Origin: Pseudomonadota bacterium | GTDB taxonomy: Bacteria; Desulfobacterota; Desulfobacteria; Desulfobacterales; JBDRRP01 | Direction of reading: 5' to 3' | NCBI GenBank assembly: GCA_043825735.1 | Contig: JBDRRP010000071.1 | Location: forward strand, 1-64,000 | Length of the DNA: 64,000 nucleotides | Part shown: positions 16,862-25,888 of the stretch, one piece after another | Numbering within the stretch: position 1 is the stretch's first letter | How the letters are laid out: the number at the start of each line of letters is the position of its first letter | The notes under the pieces: model-generated | Databases searched by the model: none | Told to the model about the DNA's origin: nothing | Seen by the model: the letters and a program-made list of their open reading frames with translations, nothing else | Made by a program: the position numbers and the translations under genes

Positions 16862-18700
16862 TCACGCCCCTGGTAAATTCTGAAGGCGCCGGTCGTGCAT
16901 GGTGCCCACCCCATATTCCTTTCGGCGCATGAAACGCTCTTTTGACGGGCCGATGATCTGCATTTCCGGGTAGCACTGCTGCACGTCCACGGCGATGTGC
17001 ATCTCTTTTGTGCAGCCGGTGCTGTAGGTGGCGTCCTTGCCCACCCATTCGGGCGGCACCTTACGCCTCAGGATCTGAAAGGCCGTGGTGATGTCATCGT
17101 AGGTCTGGAACCGCCAGATGTCGATTTGTCCGCTGCGCTGAACGATTTCCCACATGTACATCAGATCATCGGCGTCCATGCCCGGTTCATAGTAGACCGA
17201 CGGGTTGATGATGAATATGTCGGCCATCTGGTCCATCAGATGCTGGATGAAGACGGTCATGATATTTTTGGCCATATCGATCTTGCCCGGGATGGAACCG
17301 ATGATGCCCGAATAGAACATCACGCTCTTGCCGTTGGCCTTGGCCGATTTCATCTGGTCGATGATGGTCTCCGCCTTTTTCTCAAGATCCCTGTGCGAGA
17401 ACTTGATGACGGCCGGGTGGCGCTCTTTACGGGTGATCAGTGGGGCGCCGTCAGGACCTGCGCTCAGATTGAAGATCTCCTGGGTGAACCGGAAATGGGT
17501 GTCAAAGAAGCGCCGCTTCTGGTCTTCGCCGCGGCTGATGACCCCATCCACCTCCTTGAACAGGCGAGCGAAAGTGGTGGTGGCCAGCAGCAGGTTGAGG
17601 TTTTCACGGGTGCCGTCGGACAGGACGAAGATGTCGCGGTCACTGCGCAGGGTCCGCACCAGATCGTTCTTGCTCAGTGACGGATCGCTGATGAATTCGG
17701 CGCCCTGAAGAACCATCGACAGCGTCTGGTCTTCCCGGGCGTCGACGATGGATGCCTTGGTAAACAGGCTTCCGCCCTTTACGGCGACGATCACCTTATG
17801 CCCCAGGCGGACGAGGAAGCGGATGACGGCCATGTCTGCAATGATCTCTCCGGACTCATCGGCCAGCCAGAGGATTTTTTTGGACGGAACGCTCACCTCC
17901 TGAACAGGCCCCAAGGGAACCCCCAGAAAGTCGAAGAGGCGGTTTGTCCCGTCCCCCTGCAACGGGCGTTTGAAAATGGTCATGTAGTGATCTGCGGCGT
18001 ATTTTTCGGCCTCTTCGCACGCCCACAGGGACTTGTCCACGCACAGGCTCAGCAGGCGCTGCAGTTCGATCTGCCGGACCCGGTGGGTCACCGCCGCCAG
18101 TGTTTTCGGCGGGTCGGCGAAATGCTCCGGGGAGATGGTATTGAATGCTTTTTTCAAGGCTTGCGAGGAAATGGCCCCGTAAGTGTTTCGGTTCCTGGCG
18201 GTTTTGGTCTCGATGTAGGGGTCCTCGATCTGTGTGCGTTTGATAAAAATGGTGAGCAGGCGTTTTTCCAGCCGCGAGGGAATCATGATCTCATCGCGGG
18301 TCTCGTGCTTGAACTTCACCACGATGAGCGATTCCAGGTAGCTCTTCTCAGAGGGGTCTTCGATCTGCTCATCAACCAGTTTAAGGATGACATTCAGGAC
18401 ATCGTTGTATTTTCGCTGGAGAAAGGCAGACTGCCGGCGGCCCATGATGGCGGTGAACATGCGATCGGAGCAGGGGTAGTAGCGCTCACCCTCATCGGTG
18501 TAGACCATGAACCGGACCTGCTCCGGGGTGGCTGCCTGATCCGGCTGGGTGTAGTAGTCCAGGTGGTTTTCAATGAGAAAGGCGGTGAACCACGCATCCA
18601 TTTCCGGGCTTTGGCCGGGGCGATAGACTTTTTGAAGCTCTTCCTGGGTCAGGCTGATTGATTCGGTGTCCTGCTGATTCATGAAATCATCCTTATTCAT
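16862..18700 (-). CDS. ARMT1/DUF89-like domain protein, long form with extra C-terminal domain
   Basis: ILWLADESGEIIAD..IRFL...GHKVIVAVKGG and DGVISRG resemble the DUF89 DNxGE core. Alternative start at 18682. Confidence 0.65.
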   Translation of the reverse strand: MNKDDFMNQQDTESISLTQEELQKVYRPGQSPEMDAWFTAFLIENHLDYYTQPDQAATPEQVRFMVYTDEGERYYPCSDRMFTAIMGRRQSAFLQRKYNDVLNVILKLVDEQIEDPSEKSYLESLIVVKFKHETRDEIMIPSRLEKRLLTIFIKRTQIEDPYIETKTARNRNTYGAISSQALKKAFNTISPEHFADPPKTLAAVTHRVRQIELQRLLSLCVDKSLWACEEAEKYAADHYMTIFKRPLQGDGTNRLFDFLGVPLGPVQEVSVPSKKILWLADESGEIIADMAVIRFLVRLGHKVIVAVKGGSLFTKASIVDAREDQTLSMVLQGAEFISDPSLSKNDLVRTLRSDRDIFVLSDGTRENLNLLLATTTFARLFKEVDGVISRGEDQKRRFFDTHFRFTQEIFNLSAGPDGAPLITRKERHPAVIKFSHRDLEKKAETIIDQMKSAKANGKSVMFYSGIIGSIPGKIDMAKNIMTVFIQHLMDQMADIFIINPSVYYEPGMDADDLMYMWEIVQRSGQIDIWRFQTYDDITTAFQILRRKVPPEWVGKDATYSTGCTKEMHIAVDVQQCYPEMQIIGPSKERFMRRKEYGVGTMHDRRLQNLPGA

Positions 18701-18732
18701 GTGGGAGGAACCCTTTTTCCGAGGAGGATAAT

Positions 18733-18896
18733 ACCACGAAGTTCACGAAGAACACGAAGATATTCGGGGAAAGAAAGAGCGGATCAGATAGCTGTTCGTG
18801 ATTGCCTTAAAAAAACGGGGCGGATAGACATCAAAGGTTAAGGAAACATCACGACATGAGGAACGCTAACTGCCGTTTTCTATTTACCTTCGTGGT
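18733..18896. repeat. Degenerate 9-nt CACGAAG tandem element with an inverted partner
   Basis: ACCACGAAG TTCACGAAG AACACGAAG at 18733-18759 and CTTCGTGGT at 18888-18896. Confidence 0.6.
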
Positions 18897-18922
18897 TTCT
18901 TGGATTTTCACAGCAGCAAGGG

Positions 18923-20596
18923 TCACTTTACCCCGGCAACCCCTTGAGCTACGTTGTAGCAGTAATCGCCGATTTTTTCAAAATTGGAAAGGATGTCGCT
19001 GAACATGAGCCCCGGCTCGTTGGAACAGACTCCGTCGCGCAGGCGGCATATGTGGTTTTGTCTCATTTCTTCTCTCATAAAGTCGATATTGTCTTCGATG
19101 GTCTGGGCGTTGACCATGAAATTGGGCCCCTTTTTCTGGATGCCTTCGATGATGAGCATCACAAAGGCCACGGCTTGGTTGGACAGCACCTTGACGTCGC
19201 TCATGGCATCATCGGAAAAGGTGATGTTCGCTTCGGTGATCTCTTCGGCCATCTGGGCGATGTTTTCCACGGCATCGCCCACCCGCTCGATGTTATTGGA
19301 CATGCGGATCATGCTGCTGATTTCCTTGGCCTCGGATTCGTTGACCCCGTTTTGAAAGAGCCGGGTGAGGTAGGCATTGATCTCCTTTTGCATCAGATCG
19401 AGATGACTCTCGTAGCGTTGCCACTTGGAGAGCTTTTTCGGATCCCTTTGTTCCAATGCCTCAACCGTATTTTTGAGGGTGATCAGGGCGATCTGGGCCA
19501 TCCGGATGATTTCACCGCGAACCTGGGTCAGGGCGGCGATTGGGTTGTCAAGGAACCGGTCATCTAACTGCGGATGGCGGAGGAGATCGATATCCTCTTC
19601 ATGTTCACGGGGTGACAAGAACGTGGCCACCTTGATGAGCATCGGTAGAAAAATCAGGAAGACCATTGCGTTGATCACGTTGAACGTGGTGTGGCCGTTG
19701 GCGATGTATCGCGGCACGTTGACCAGGTCGCCATCCACCACTTGTGAGACCGGTCCGCTCCCCAAGGCCCCGGTACTCCATTCGATCAGCGTAAGGAAAT
19801 AGGGGAACACCGTGAGCATCAGACCGACACCGATCACATTGAACATGGTGTGGGCTCTGGCCGCACGATGGGCATTGACATTGGTGGATCCGATGGTGGC
19901 CAGTTCAGCGGTGATCGTGGTGCCGATGTTTTCGCCCAATACCAGGGCCATTGCCGCCGGAAAATTGATCAGACCCTGAGTGGCCAGGGTCATTGTCAAA
20001 CCAACGGTGGCCGAAGAACTCTGGACCATGATGGTCAGCGCAGCGCCGGTCACCACGCAAAGCAGTATGCCGCCGAAGGAGTCCGCGTTGAAGCGCGTAA
20101 AAAACTCGATGAAAGCAGGGTCCTTTTTGATCGGTGCCAACCCCTGGCTCATGACGGTCATGCCGAAAAAAAGGAGGCCGAACCCGAGGATGACTTCGCC
20201 GATATAGCGGTTGCGGCGTTTTTTTGAAAAATATTTGAGCATCACGCCAATGGCGATGGCCGGAAGCGCCAGATTTGTCAGCTTGAATGCGATCATCTGG
20301 GCGGTGACCGTGGTGCCGATATTCGCTCCGAGAATGACGCCAACCGCCTGCTGGAGACTCATCATGCCGGCACCCACAAAGCTGATCAGCATCACCGTGG
20401 TCGCCGATGACGATTGCACCACGGCCGTGACGAAGGCACCCGTGGCGCATCCGACGACGCGGTTTGAAGACACTGCGCTCAGGATCTTTTTGATGCGGTC
20501 GCCGGCAGTCATCTGCAATCCTTCGGTCATGATTTTCATGCCGAGGATAAATAGGCCAAGCCCGCCGAGTGTTTGAATGAGGACCTTGAGCAGCAT
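18923..20596 (-). CDS. Na/Pi cotransporter family protein with C-terminal PhoU-like domains
   Basis: Two QSSS repeats, GANIGTT and GENIGTT, IERVGD, FEKIGDY. Confidence 0.93.
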   Translation of the reverse strand: MLLKVLIQTLGGLGLFILGMKIMTEGLQMTAGDRIKKILSAVSSNRVVGCATGAFVTAVVQSSSATTVMLISFVGAGMMSLQQAVGVILGANIGTTVTAQMIAFKLTNLALPAIAIGVMLKYFSKKRRNRYIGEVILGFGLLFFGMTVMSQGLAPIKKDPAFIEFFTRFNADSFGGILLCVVTGAALTIMVQSSSATVGLTMTLATQGLINFPAAMALVLGENIGTTITAELATIGSTNVNAHRAARAHTMFNVIGVGLMLTVFPYFLTLIEWSTGALGSGPVSQVVDGDLVNVPRYIANGHTTFNVINAMVFLIFLPMLIKVATFLSPREHEEDIDLLRHPQLDDRFLDNPIAALTQVRGEIIRMAQIALITLKNTVEALEQRDPKKLSKWQRYESHLDLMQKEINAYLTRLFQNGVNESEAKEISSMIRMSNNIERVGDAVENIAQMAEEITEANITFSDDAMSDVKVLSNQAVAFVMLIIEGIQKKGPNFMVNAQTIEDNIDFMREEMRQNHICRLRDGVCSNEPGLMFSDILSNFEKIGDYCYNVAQGVAGVK

Positions 20597-20942
20597 GGAC
20601 AGACACCTGTCAATCGTTTTTGGGATTCAGTGCGAAAATAGGATAAAAATATAATGATAAAAGATGGTTAACGCATTCGAGAACAGAGTGTTGCGTGTTT
20701 ATAACAAGGCCGGCCACGAGTGTAAATACCCATTTGCTAACAAAAAACTCATGAAAAACTGACATGTAAAGTGCACCTGCGGTAACCTTGCGGCATCAAT
20801 ACCGTTTTGACCTGGGCATTCATTTAATGACATACTGCCGATCATTAATTCTCTGATGACCGACGAAGGCGGCGTCGAGAGAATCCGATCGGTGATGCCG
20901 GGCCGGGGCATCTTTCGGAATGGGGCTTATCGAAAGGGCAGC

Positions 20943-22169
20943 ATGATGGAAGATTGCAAAGATATTTTAGCCATGAAAAATGAGATCCAGACCTATGCCT
21001 GGGGCTCCCGGACGGCCATCGCCGACCTGTGCGGGCTGCCGTCGCCGTCGGCGACCCCCCAGGCCGAATTGTGGATGGGGGCGCACCCCAGAGCCCCCTC
21101 TCAGGTATCGGTCGATGGCCGCTGGATGCCCCTGGATCGCTTTATCGCCGCTGACCCGGCAGCGGTATTGGGCGCGCGCGTAGCGCAGCGGTTCAACAGC
21201 CGGCTGCCCTATCTGTTGAAAATTTTGGCGGTGGAAAAACCATTGAGTGTGCAGGCCCACCCCGACGCGCGGCAGGCGGCCGAAGGGTTCGCCCGGGAAA
21301 ACGCCGCCGGCATTGCCATGGACGCCCCGAACCGCAACTACAAGGATCCGAGCGGCAAACCGGAAATCATCTGCGCCGTTACGGATTTCTATGGGCTGAA
21401 CGGGTTTCGGCCCGAAAAGGACATCCGAGACAACCTGGCCGCCTACTGCCCGCGCCTTTGCTCACTGATGCCGAAGGCATCAACGGCGGCGGCCGCCGGC
21501 AGCGATGACGACCAGCGATTGCGTGACCTGTACCGGTTTGTCATGACCCTCCCTTTGGGGTTACAGCGCCAGGTGACCGCAGACTGCCTCAACCATCTCG
21601 ATGGCGCCGACCCGGTGCTGGAGGACTGGATCCAGCGGCTGAGCGATGCTTACCCGGGCGACATCGGCATCATTTCCACGCTGCTGCTGAACTTTGTACA
21701 CTTGAAGCCCGGCGAGGCCATGTACCTGCCGGCCGGGCAGCTTCACGCTTACCTGGAAGGCACCGGGATCGAGCTCATGGCCAATTCCGACAACGTGCTG
21801 CGCGGGGGGCTGACCCCCAAGCACATCGATGTCCCCGAACTGCTTCGGATATTGCGGTTTGCGCCCACAACGGTGGAAAGGCTGACCTGTCGCCGCCGCA
21901 ACGCGCAGATGTGCCGATACGACACACCGGCAGCAATGTTTCAGCTGTCGGTGATCCGCACTCAAGGGGGGGATGCCTATACTGCTAAGCCCAGCGGGGG
22001 CCCCCAGATACTTCTGGCCGCGGCCGGTGAGGCGACGGTGTCCTGGGGCGGCGGGCAACGGCAGCTCATACTGACTAAAGGCTCATCGGCTCTGGTGCCA
22101 GCGGTCGTCAAGGGATACCGCGTGTCGGGGGATGCCGTCATCTACGTGGCAAGTGTACCGACGGATTGA
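20943..22169 (+). CDS. manA: Mannose-6-phosphate isomerase, class I
   Basis: YAWGS, AELWMGAHP, LPYLLKIL, PLSVQAHP, HAYLEG, ELMANSDNVLRGGLTPKHIDV. Confidence 0.95.
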   Translation: MMEDCKDILAMKNEIQTYAWGSRTAIADLCGLPSPSATPQAELWMGAHPRAPSQVSVDGRWMPLDRFIAADPAAVLGARVAQRFNSRLPYLLKILAVEKPLSVQAHPDARQAAEGFARENAAGIAMDAPNRNYKDPSGKPEIICAVTDFYGLNGFRPEKDIRDNLAAYCPRLCSLMPKASTAAAAGSDDDQRLRDLYRFVMTLPLGLQRQVTADCLNHLDGADPVLEDWIQRLSDAYPGDIGIISTLLLNFVHLKPGEAMYLPAGQLHAYLEGTGIELMANSDNVLRGGLTPKHIDVPELLRILRFAPTTVERLTCRRRNAQMCRYDTPAAMFQLSVIRTQGGDAYTAKPSGGPQILLAAAGEATVSWGGGQRQLILTKGSSALVPAVVKGYRVSGDAVIYVASVPTD

Positions 22170-22264
22170 CAGGTGCGGCAACGAAGCTATCTTTATGACA
22201 CCAATGAAAAACTGAAACGCTATCCTTAACATCTGCCATTTTGGTTTTGCTTTTCAATTCACCA

Positions 22265-22354
22265 TTCGATGTTGGACGTTCGATGTTCAGCGTTCGGTTT
22301 TCTTGGCGGACTTGGCGCCTTCGCGAGAAAATTGATTTTCTACGCATTTGTCAA
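22265..22354. repeat. 7-nt tandem array followed by the right half of a family A-type element
   Basis: TTCGATG TTGGACG TTCGATG TTCAGCG TTCGGT, then CTTGGCGGACTTGGCGCCTTCGCGAGAAAATTGATTTTCTACGCATTTGTCAA, similar to 251-303. Confidence 0.7.
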
Positions 22355-22372
22355 ACTTGAAGGAAAACGCCC

Positions 22373-22708
22373 ATGAGCACTCAGCTGACGGTACCCACAG
22401 CGACTCCCATCAACCTTGAAAACGAAGTGGCCTATGGCCTCGGTGCCGTTGTCAGCAAGACGCTGTTGAAGAAAGACACCGGGAACATCACGCTGTTTTC
22501 CTTCGACACCGGGCAGGGGTTGAGCGAGCACACGGCACCCTTCGATGCCGTGGTCTATATCGTGGACGGAGTGGCAGACATAACCATCGGCGGAGAGCCC
22601 CGGGTGGTGAAAAAGGGGGAAATAATCGTGATGCCGGCGGGAATTCCCCACGCGCTCAACGCACCGGAGCCGTTCAAGATGCTTCTGGTGATGATTCGAG
22701 GGGCATGA
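22373..22708 (+). CDS. Cupin-domain protein
   Basis: TLFSFDTGQGLSEHTAPFDA, MPAGIPHAL. Confidence 0.9.
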   Translation: MSTQLTVPTATPINLENEVAYGLGAVVSKTLLKKDTGNITLFSFDTGQGLSEHTAPFDAVVYIVDGVADITIGGEPRVVKKGEIIVMPAGIPHALNAPEPFKMLLVMIRGA

Positions 22709-22837
22709 CCCCGTAAAAAGTAATTTTGAACCGCAGAGAGCGCAGAGGAACGCAGAGAATATGTTTAATAATTAATGGTTTGCCTCCGTGATCTCTGCGT
22801 CCTCTGTGGTGATTTCAGACTTTTTACAGGGTCATCA
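22705..22837. repeat. Family A element, complete copy
   Basis: ATGACCCCGTAAAAAGT ... ACTTTTTACAGGGTCAT terminal IR with internal CGCAGAG/CTCTG(C/T)G arrays. Contains the cupin stop codon. Confidence 0.85.
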
Positions 22838-22853
22838 AACCGCATCAGGGGGC

Positions 22854-23444
22854 ATGATGAAGCCGCAATACACCGGCATCAACCATCTGGCCATGGTCAC
22901 CGGCGACATGGACGCCACCGTCCGGTTCTGGCGGGATCTGCTGGGCATGCGCCTGGTTGCGGGTCTGGGCCGGCCGGGCTACCGGCACTATTTCTTCGAG
23001 ATCAGCGGCGAGGACATGATCGCCTTTTTCGAGTGGCCGGGGGCGGAACCTTTGGCGGAAAAAGACCACGGGGTTCCGGTCGCGGGACCTTGCGGGTTCG
23101 ACCACGTGAGCATTGCCGTGGCCTCTGATGACGATATCTGGGAGGTGAAAGACCGGCTGACGGCGGCCGGCCACTGGGTGAGCGAGGTCATCGACCACGG
23201 ATTCATCCACTCTATCTACGCCTTTGACCCCAACAACATTCCCATCGAGTTCAGCGCGCCGGTAGCGGCGGTGGATCTGCGCCGGCACCCCCAAATGCTG
23301 GATCGCTCCCCGTCGGCGATTGCCGGGGAAGGACCCGACCCGCAACCCGGCCATTGGCCGGATGTCCCCAGCCCCACACCCCCCGAAGAGCGCACCGTCT
23401 ATACGGGAGAGGGAGCGGTGTTTGCAAAGAAGGCGGCCGACTGA
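22854..23444 (+). CDS. VOC (glyoxalase/bleomycin-resistance/dioxygenase) family protein
   Basis: GINHLAMVTGDMDATVRFW, FDHVSIAV, SIYAFDPNNIPIEF. Confidence 0.88.
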   Translation: MMKPQYTGINHLAMVTGDMDATVRFWRDLLGMRLVAGLGRPGYRHYFFEISGEDMIAFFEWPGAEPLAEKDHGVPVAGPCGFDHVSIAVASDDDIWEVKDRLTAAGHWVSEVIDHGFIHSIYAFDPNNIPIEFSAPVAAVDLRRHPQMLDRSPSAIAGEGPDPQPGHWPDVPSPTPPEERTVYTGEGAVFAKKAAD

Positions 23445-23520
23445 TTTATCCTCGATACCTGTTGATTTCCTCGGACAGGGGGGGATCGGCCGATCGCTCC
23501 TGTGTGTAACCCCCGAATGC

Positions 23521-23625
23521 TTGATGAGACCGTGAAAAGTGATTTCGAACCACAGAGTTCGCAGAGAACCGCAGCGAATTATTCGAATTATTAATAACGC
23601 TCTCTGTGTCCTCTGTGGTGATTCA
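23521..23625. repeat. Family A element, right end eroded
   Basis: TTGATGAGACCGTGAAAAGTGATTTCGAACCACAGAG ... CTCTGTGTCCTCTGTGGTGATTC. Confidence 0.8.
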
Positions 23626-23661
23626 GGGCTTTAAATGGTCTTGGTCCTTTTGACCGACTTT

Positions 23662-23886
23662 TTACTCATAATTTCCCCGATCCGAAACATACCCCACAAA
23701 ATCTTTTTCCATGACAAACCGGGTGAGCAGTCGGTTCACCATTTCGGCGGTGTCCACCTGGTAGTGTCCCTTCTGGTTTCTGCCGCTCATCTGGCGGGCG
23801 GTTTCCACGATGACCTGCAGGGCCGCGGCCGGCACTTCGATGGTGGCACTGATCAACACGTTGTCGTCTGTTTGGGGGGCCATCAT
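23662..23886 (-). CDS. Small hypothetical protein (74 aa)
   Basis: AAAGGA RBS upstream, globular composition (VDTAEMVNRLLTRF), no competing gene. Confidence 0.7.
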   Translation of the reverse strand: MMAPQTDDNVLISATIEVPAAALQVIVETARQMSGRNQKGHYQVDTAEMVNRLLTRFVMEKDFVGYVSDRGNYE

Positions 23887-23907
23887 CTAATCATCCTTTC
23901 GATAATT

Positions 23908-23940
23908 TAAAGCCACCGGCTTTGCCGGTGGTCGTTTTTT
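23908..23940. mobile_element. Isolated IS200/IS605-type terminal hairpin (REP-like remnant)
   Basis: TAAAGCCACCGGC-TTT-GCCGGTGGTCG, 8-bp perfect stem resembling Y1-transposase end palindromes. No transposase nearby. Confidence 0.5.
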
Positions 23941-23981
23941 CAGTCTCTGACACGCCTCAAACGAACAGAGCCGTATAGAGC

Positions 23982-24145
23982 CATTGTCATAAAACCGTTT
24001 CATTTAAACAACGACGCCGGGTGTACTTCGGTATCGCTATCGGTATCGCTATCGGCTGTAGAAACACTCGATAGCGATCCCGATAGCGATCCCGACCCCG
24101 CGAGGGTCCTGAGGTGAAACGGAACATTATTCTGACAAATACTAT
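23982..24145. repeat. Family C element, second copy
   Basis: CATTGTCATAAA..., (ATCG(C/G)T)n then (AG/CC)CGAT arrays, ending AAACGGAACATTATTCTGACAAATACTAT. Confidence 0.85.
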
Positions 24146-24504
24146 AAGCCGCCGCTGACACATGCGTAAAAACGCAAATAGCGAAATCGGCGACGTTTCA
24201 GACAGCCTGATAAACAGCTTCCGGAGCGTCGCGTCAATTAAAATCTCGGCCGGAAGTCTCATCTTGGTGGTGCCGGCCGTGCACAGATCATTGTGCATGA
24301 TGCACTGAAAACTGGGCATGACCACAGATATAAAAAATCCCACGCCCAGTGTCGCCATCTTCTCTGAAGTTTTTATAACCGATGCGCACAATCGATATTC
24401 TGCCAGTTATTCTAAACAATTCCAGATAGATGAAAATGTTGCCGGCGCACGCTTGATTCTCAGAATGCCTCCACCTCAATGTTGGCATGTCGCAAGGCCA
24501 AGGC

Positions 24505-24520
24505 TGGCACAGATATTGGA
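24505..24520 (+). promoter_or_regulatory. Possible sigma-54 promoter of comEA (imperfect -12)
   Basis: TGGCAC-AGATA-TTGGA versus consensus TGGCAC-N5-TTGC. Confidence 0.3.
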
Positions 24521-24595
24521 CTAATGGAATCCCGTGATGCGTCGATGGCCGAAGGGGTCATCGTTAACGGGGTGACAGCGAAAAGGAGGCAAGAC

Positions 24596-24895
24596 ATGAG
24601 AATGCGAAAAAAAAGTTTGGGAATCTTGGTGGTGGCAACTGTGGTGGCACTACTGGCAGCAGGCATTGCCACGGCCGGCAGTCCCACCATCGACATCAAC
24701 ACCGCATCGGTTGAGGAACTGGCTTCCCTGCAACGGGTGGGCAAGTCCTACGCCGAGCGCATTGTGGCCTACCGTGAGGCCAACGGACCGTTCAACAGCC
24801 CGGAGGAGATCATGAACGTGAAGGGCATCGGCCAACGCACCTTTGAGCAAAACAAGGACATCATCGTCGTGAGCACGCCCAAGAAGAAAAAATAA
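24596..24895 (+). CDS. comEA: ComEA-family helix-hairpin-helix DNA-binding protein
   Basis: Signal peptide, IDINTASVEELASL, AERIVAYREANGPF, VKGIG. AGGAGG RBS 6 nt upstream. Confidence 0.9.
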   Translation: MRMRKKSLGILVVATVVALLAAGIATAGSPTIDINTASVEELASLQRVGKSYAERIVAYREANGPFNSPEEIMNVKGIGQRTFEQNKDIIVVSTPKKKK

Positions 24896-25090
24896 GTCCC
24901 CGCTTCTGGATGGACACAAATGGGTAAAAGACCAACACAATCCCTTTAAGCGCCGTCGACGCATCGCCAAACTTTACACATTTGCGTTTAAATCTTTCGG
25001 GCTTATCTACCAAAAAAAGGTTGTACCGGGTGGTGTCCGCGACACCCCATCGGCGGACAGGCCCGTTGCAACAAGCCGCTTTGCAATACT

Positions 25091-25250
25091 TTTCGTGTGT
25101 TTCGTGGTTGAAAGCAGTTACTGCGGTCAAAAGTGGAGATGGGATAGCGCTTGGTGCGCCCCCACCGGCCACAGCCAGAAAAAGGTTCTTATCTCTTTTT
25201 CTTCTACCAAAAAAGAACCATAAACCACGAAACACACGAAACACACGAAA
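25091..25250. repeat. 9-nt CACACGAAA tandem arrays in both orientations
   Basis: TTTCGTGTG TTTCGTGGTT (25091-25109) and AACCACGAAA CACACGAAA CACACGAAA (25223-25250). Confidence 0.75.
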
Positions 25251-25390
25251 GAAAAATGGATGAACGATGACGGGCTGATCTACCCCAAAAAGCGTGCACC
25301 GGGCGGCGCCATGGCAATGGGGCCGCGCCTTTAATTCGTAGATAATTGCGAAATCTTTTAACACCACATATCGCCAGACAGGAGGTTCCG

Positions 25391-25633
25391 ATGACTGAAG
25401 TCGAGTTGGATATCAAACAGTGGGGGAATAATCTGGGTGTGCGCCTGCCGGCAGCGGTGGCGCGTGCCGCGCAGCTTCATCTCGACCAACGGGTCCGCAT
25501 TTCCGTCGAGGACAGGGTTATTGTCATCCGGCCTATCGATGATGCGATTTTGACATTGAACCAGCGCTTCGAACACTTTGATCCGGCCCACCAGGGCGGT
25601 GAAGCGATGCAGAATCAGACGGTCGGGGCCTGA
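25391..25633 (+). CDS. AbrB/MazE-family antitoxin (orphan)
   Basis: IKQWGNNLGVRLP, VRISVE..IVIRP. AGGAGG RBS. Confidence 0.85.
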   Translation: MTEVELDIKQWGNNLGVRLPAAVARAAQLHLDQRVRISVEDRVIVIRPIDDAILTLNQRFEHFDPAHQGGEAMQNQTVGA

Positions 25634-25672
25634 CCGGTAGTAACCTCACACTGAAGCATCAAAACTGGCCCA

Positions 25673-25717
25673 CGGGTTCCGGCTCGGTGGAATGTCATCG
25701 GGGCTGTATTCATCCCC
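25673..25717 (+). pseudogene. Possible eroded N-terminus of a MazF/PemK toxin
   Basis: Reads RVPARWNVIGAVFIP, similar to the MazF start xVPxRGDVIWxDFNP. No start codon, and the rest of the gene is absent. Confidence 0.4.
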
Positions 25718-25748
25718 CGTTTTTGCCTTGACTTTGTCCCGCCGTCAT

Positions 25749-25778
25749 GTTCAATTTCTGAACGTTCAGATATTGAAC
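25749..25778. promoter_or_regulatory. Tandem palindromic operator (GTTCA-N5-TGAAC)x2 upstream of the glycan cluster
   Basis: GTTCAATTTCTGAAC GTTCAGATATTGAAC. A TTGACT -35-like hexamer sits at 25728-25733. Confidence 0.7.
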
Positions 25779-25888
25779 GCAAGTTGTTTCTATATCCTAG
25801 ATTCCAATAATAATTCCCGTAAGTTATAGGTATTTTCCCACTGTAACCCAAAGGGCGGAGCCCCATATGGCGTTCCCATAGAGAAACA

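Noticed and set aside
23987..24391. ORF with RDRYRDRYR / IAIPIAIP repeats, and the similar ORF at 11007-11264
   Set aside because: These are translations of the family C hexamer arrays, not credible proteins.
25851..25866. ops/JUMPstart-like element (GGGCGGAGCCC) in the cluster leader
   Set aside because: Does not match GGCGGTAG and no NusG paralog is seen in the window; too short to support.
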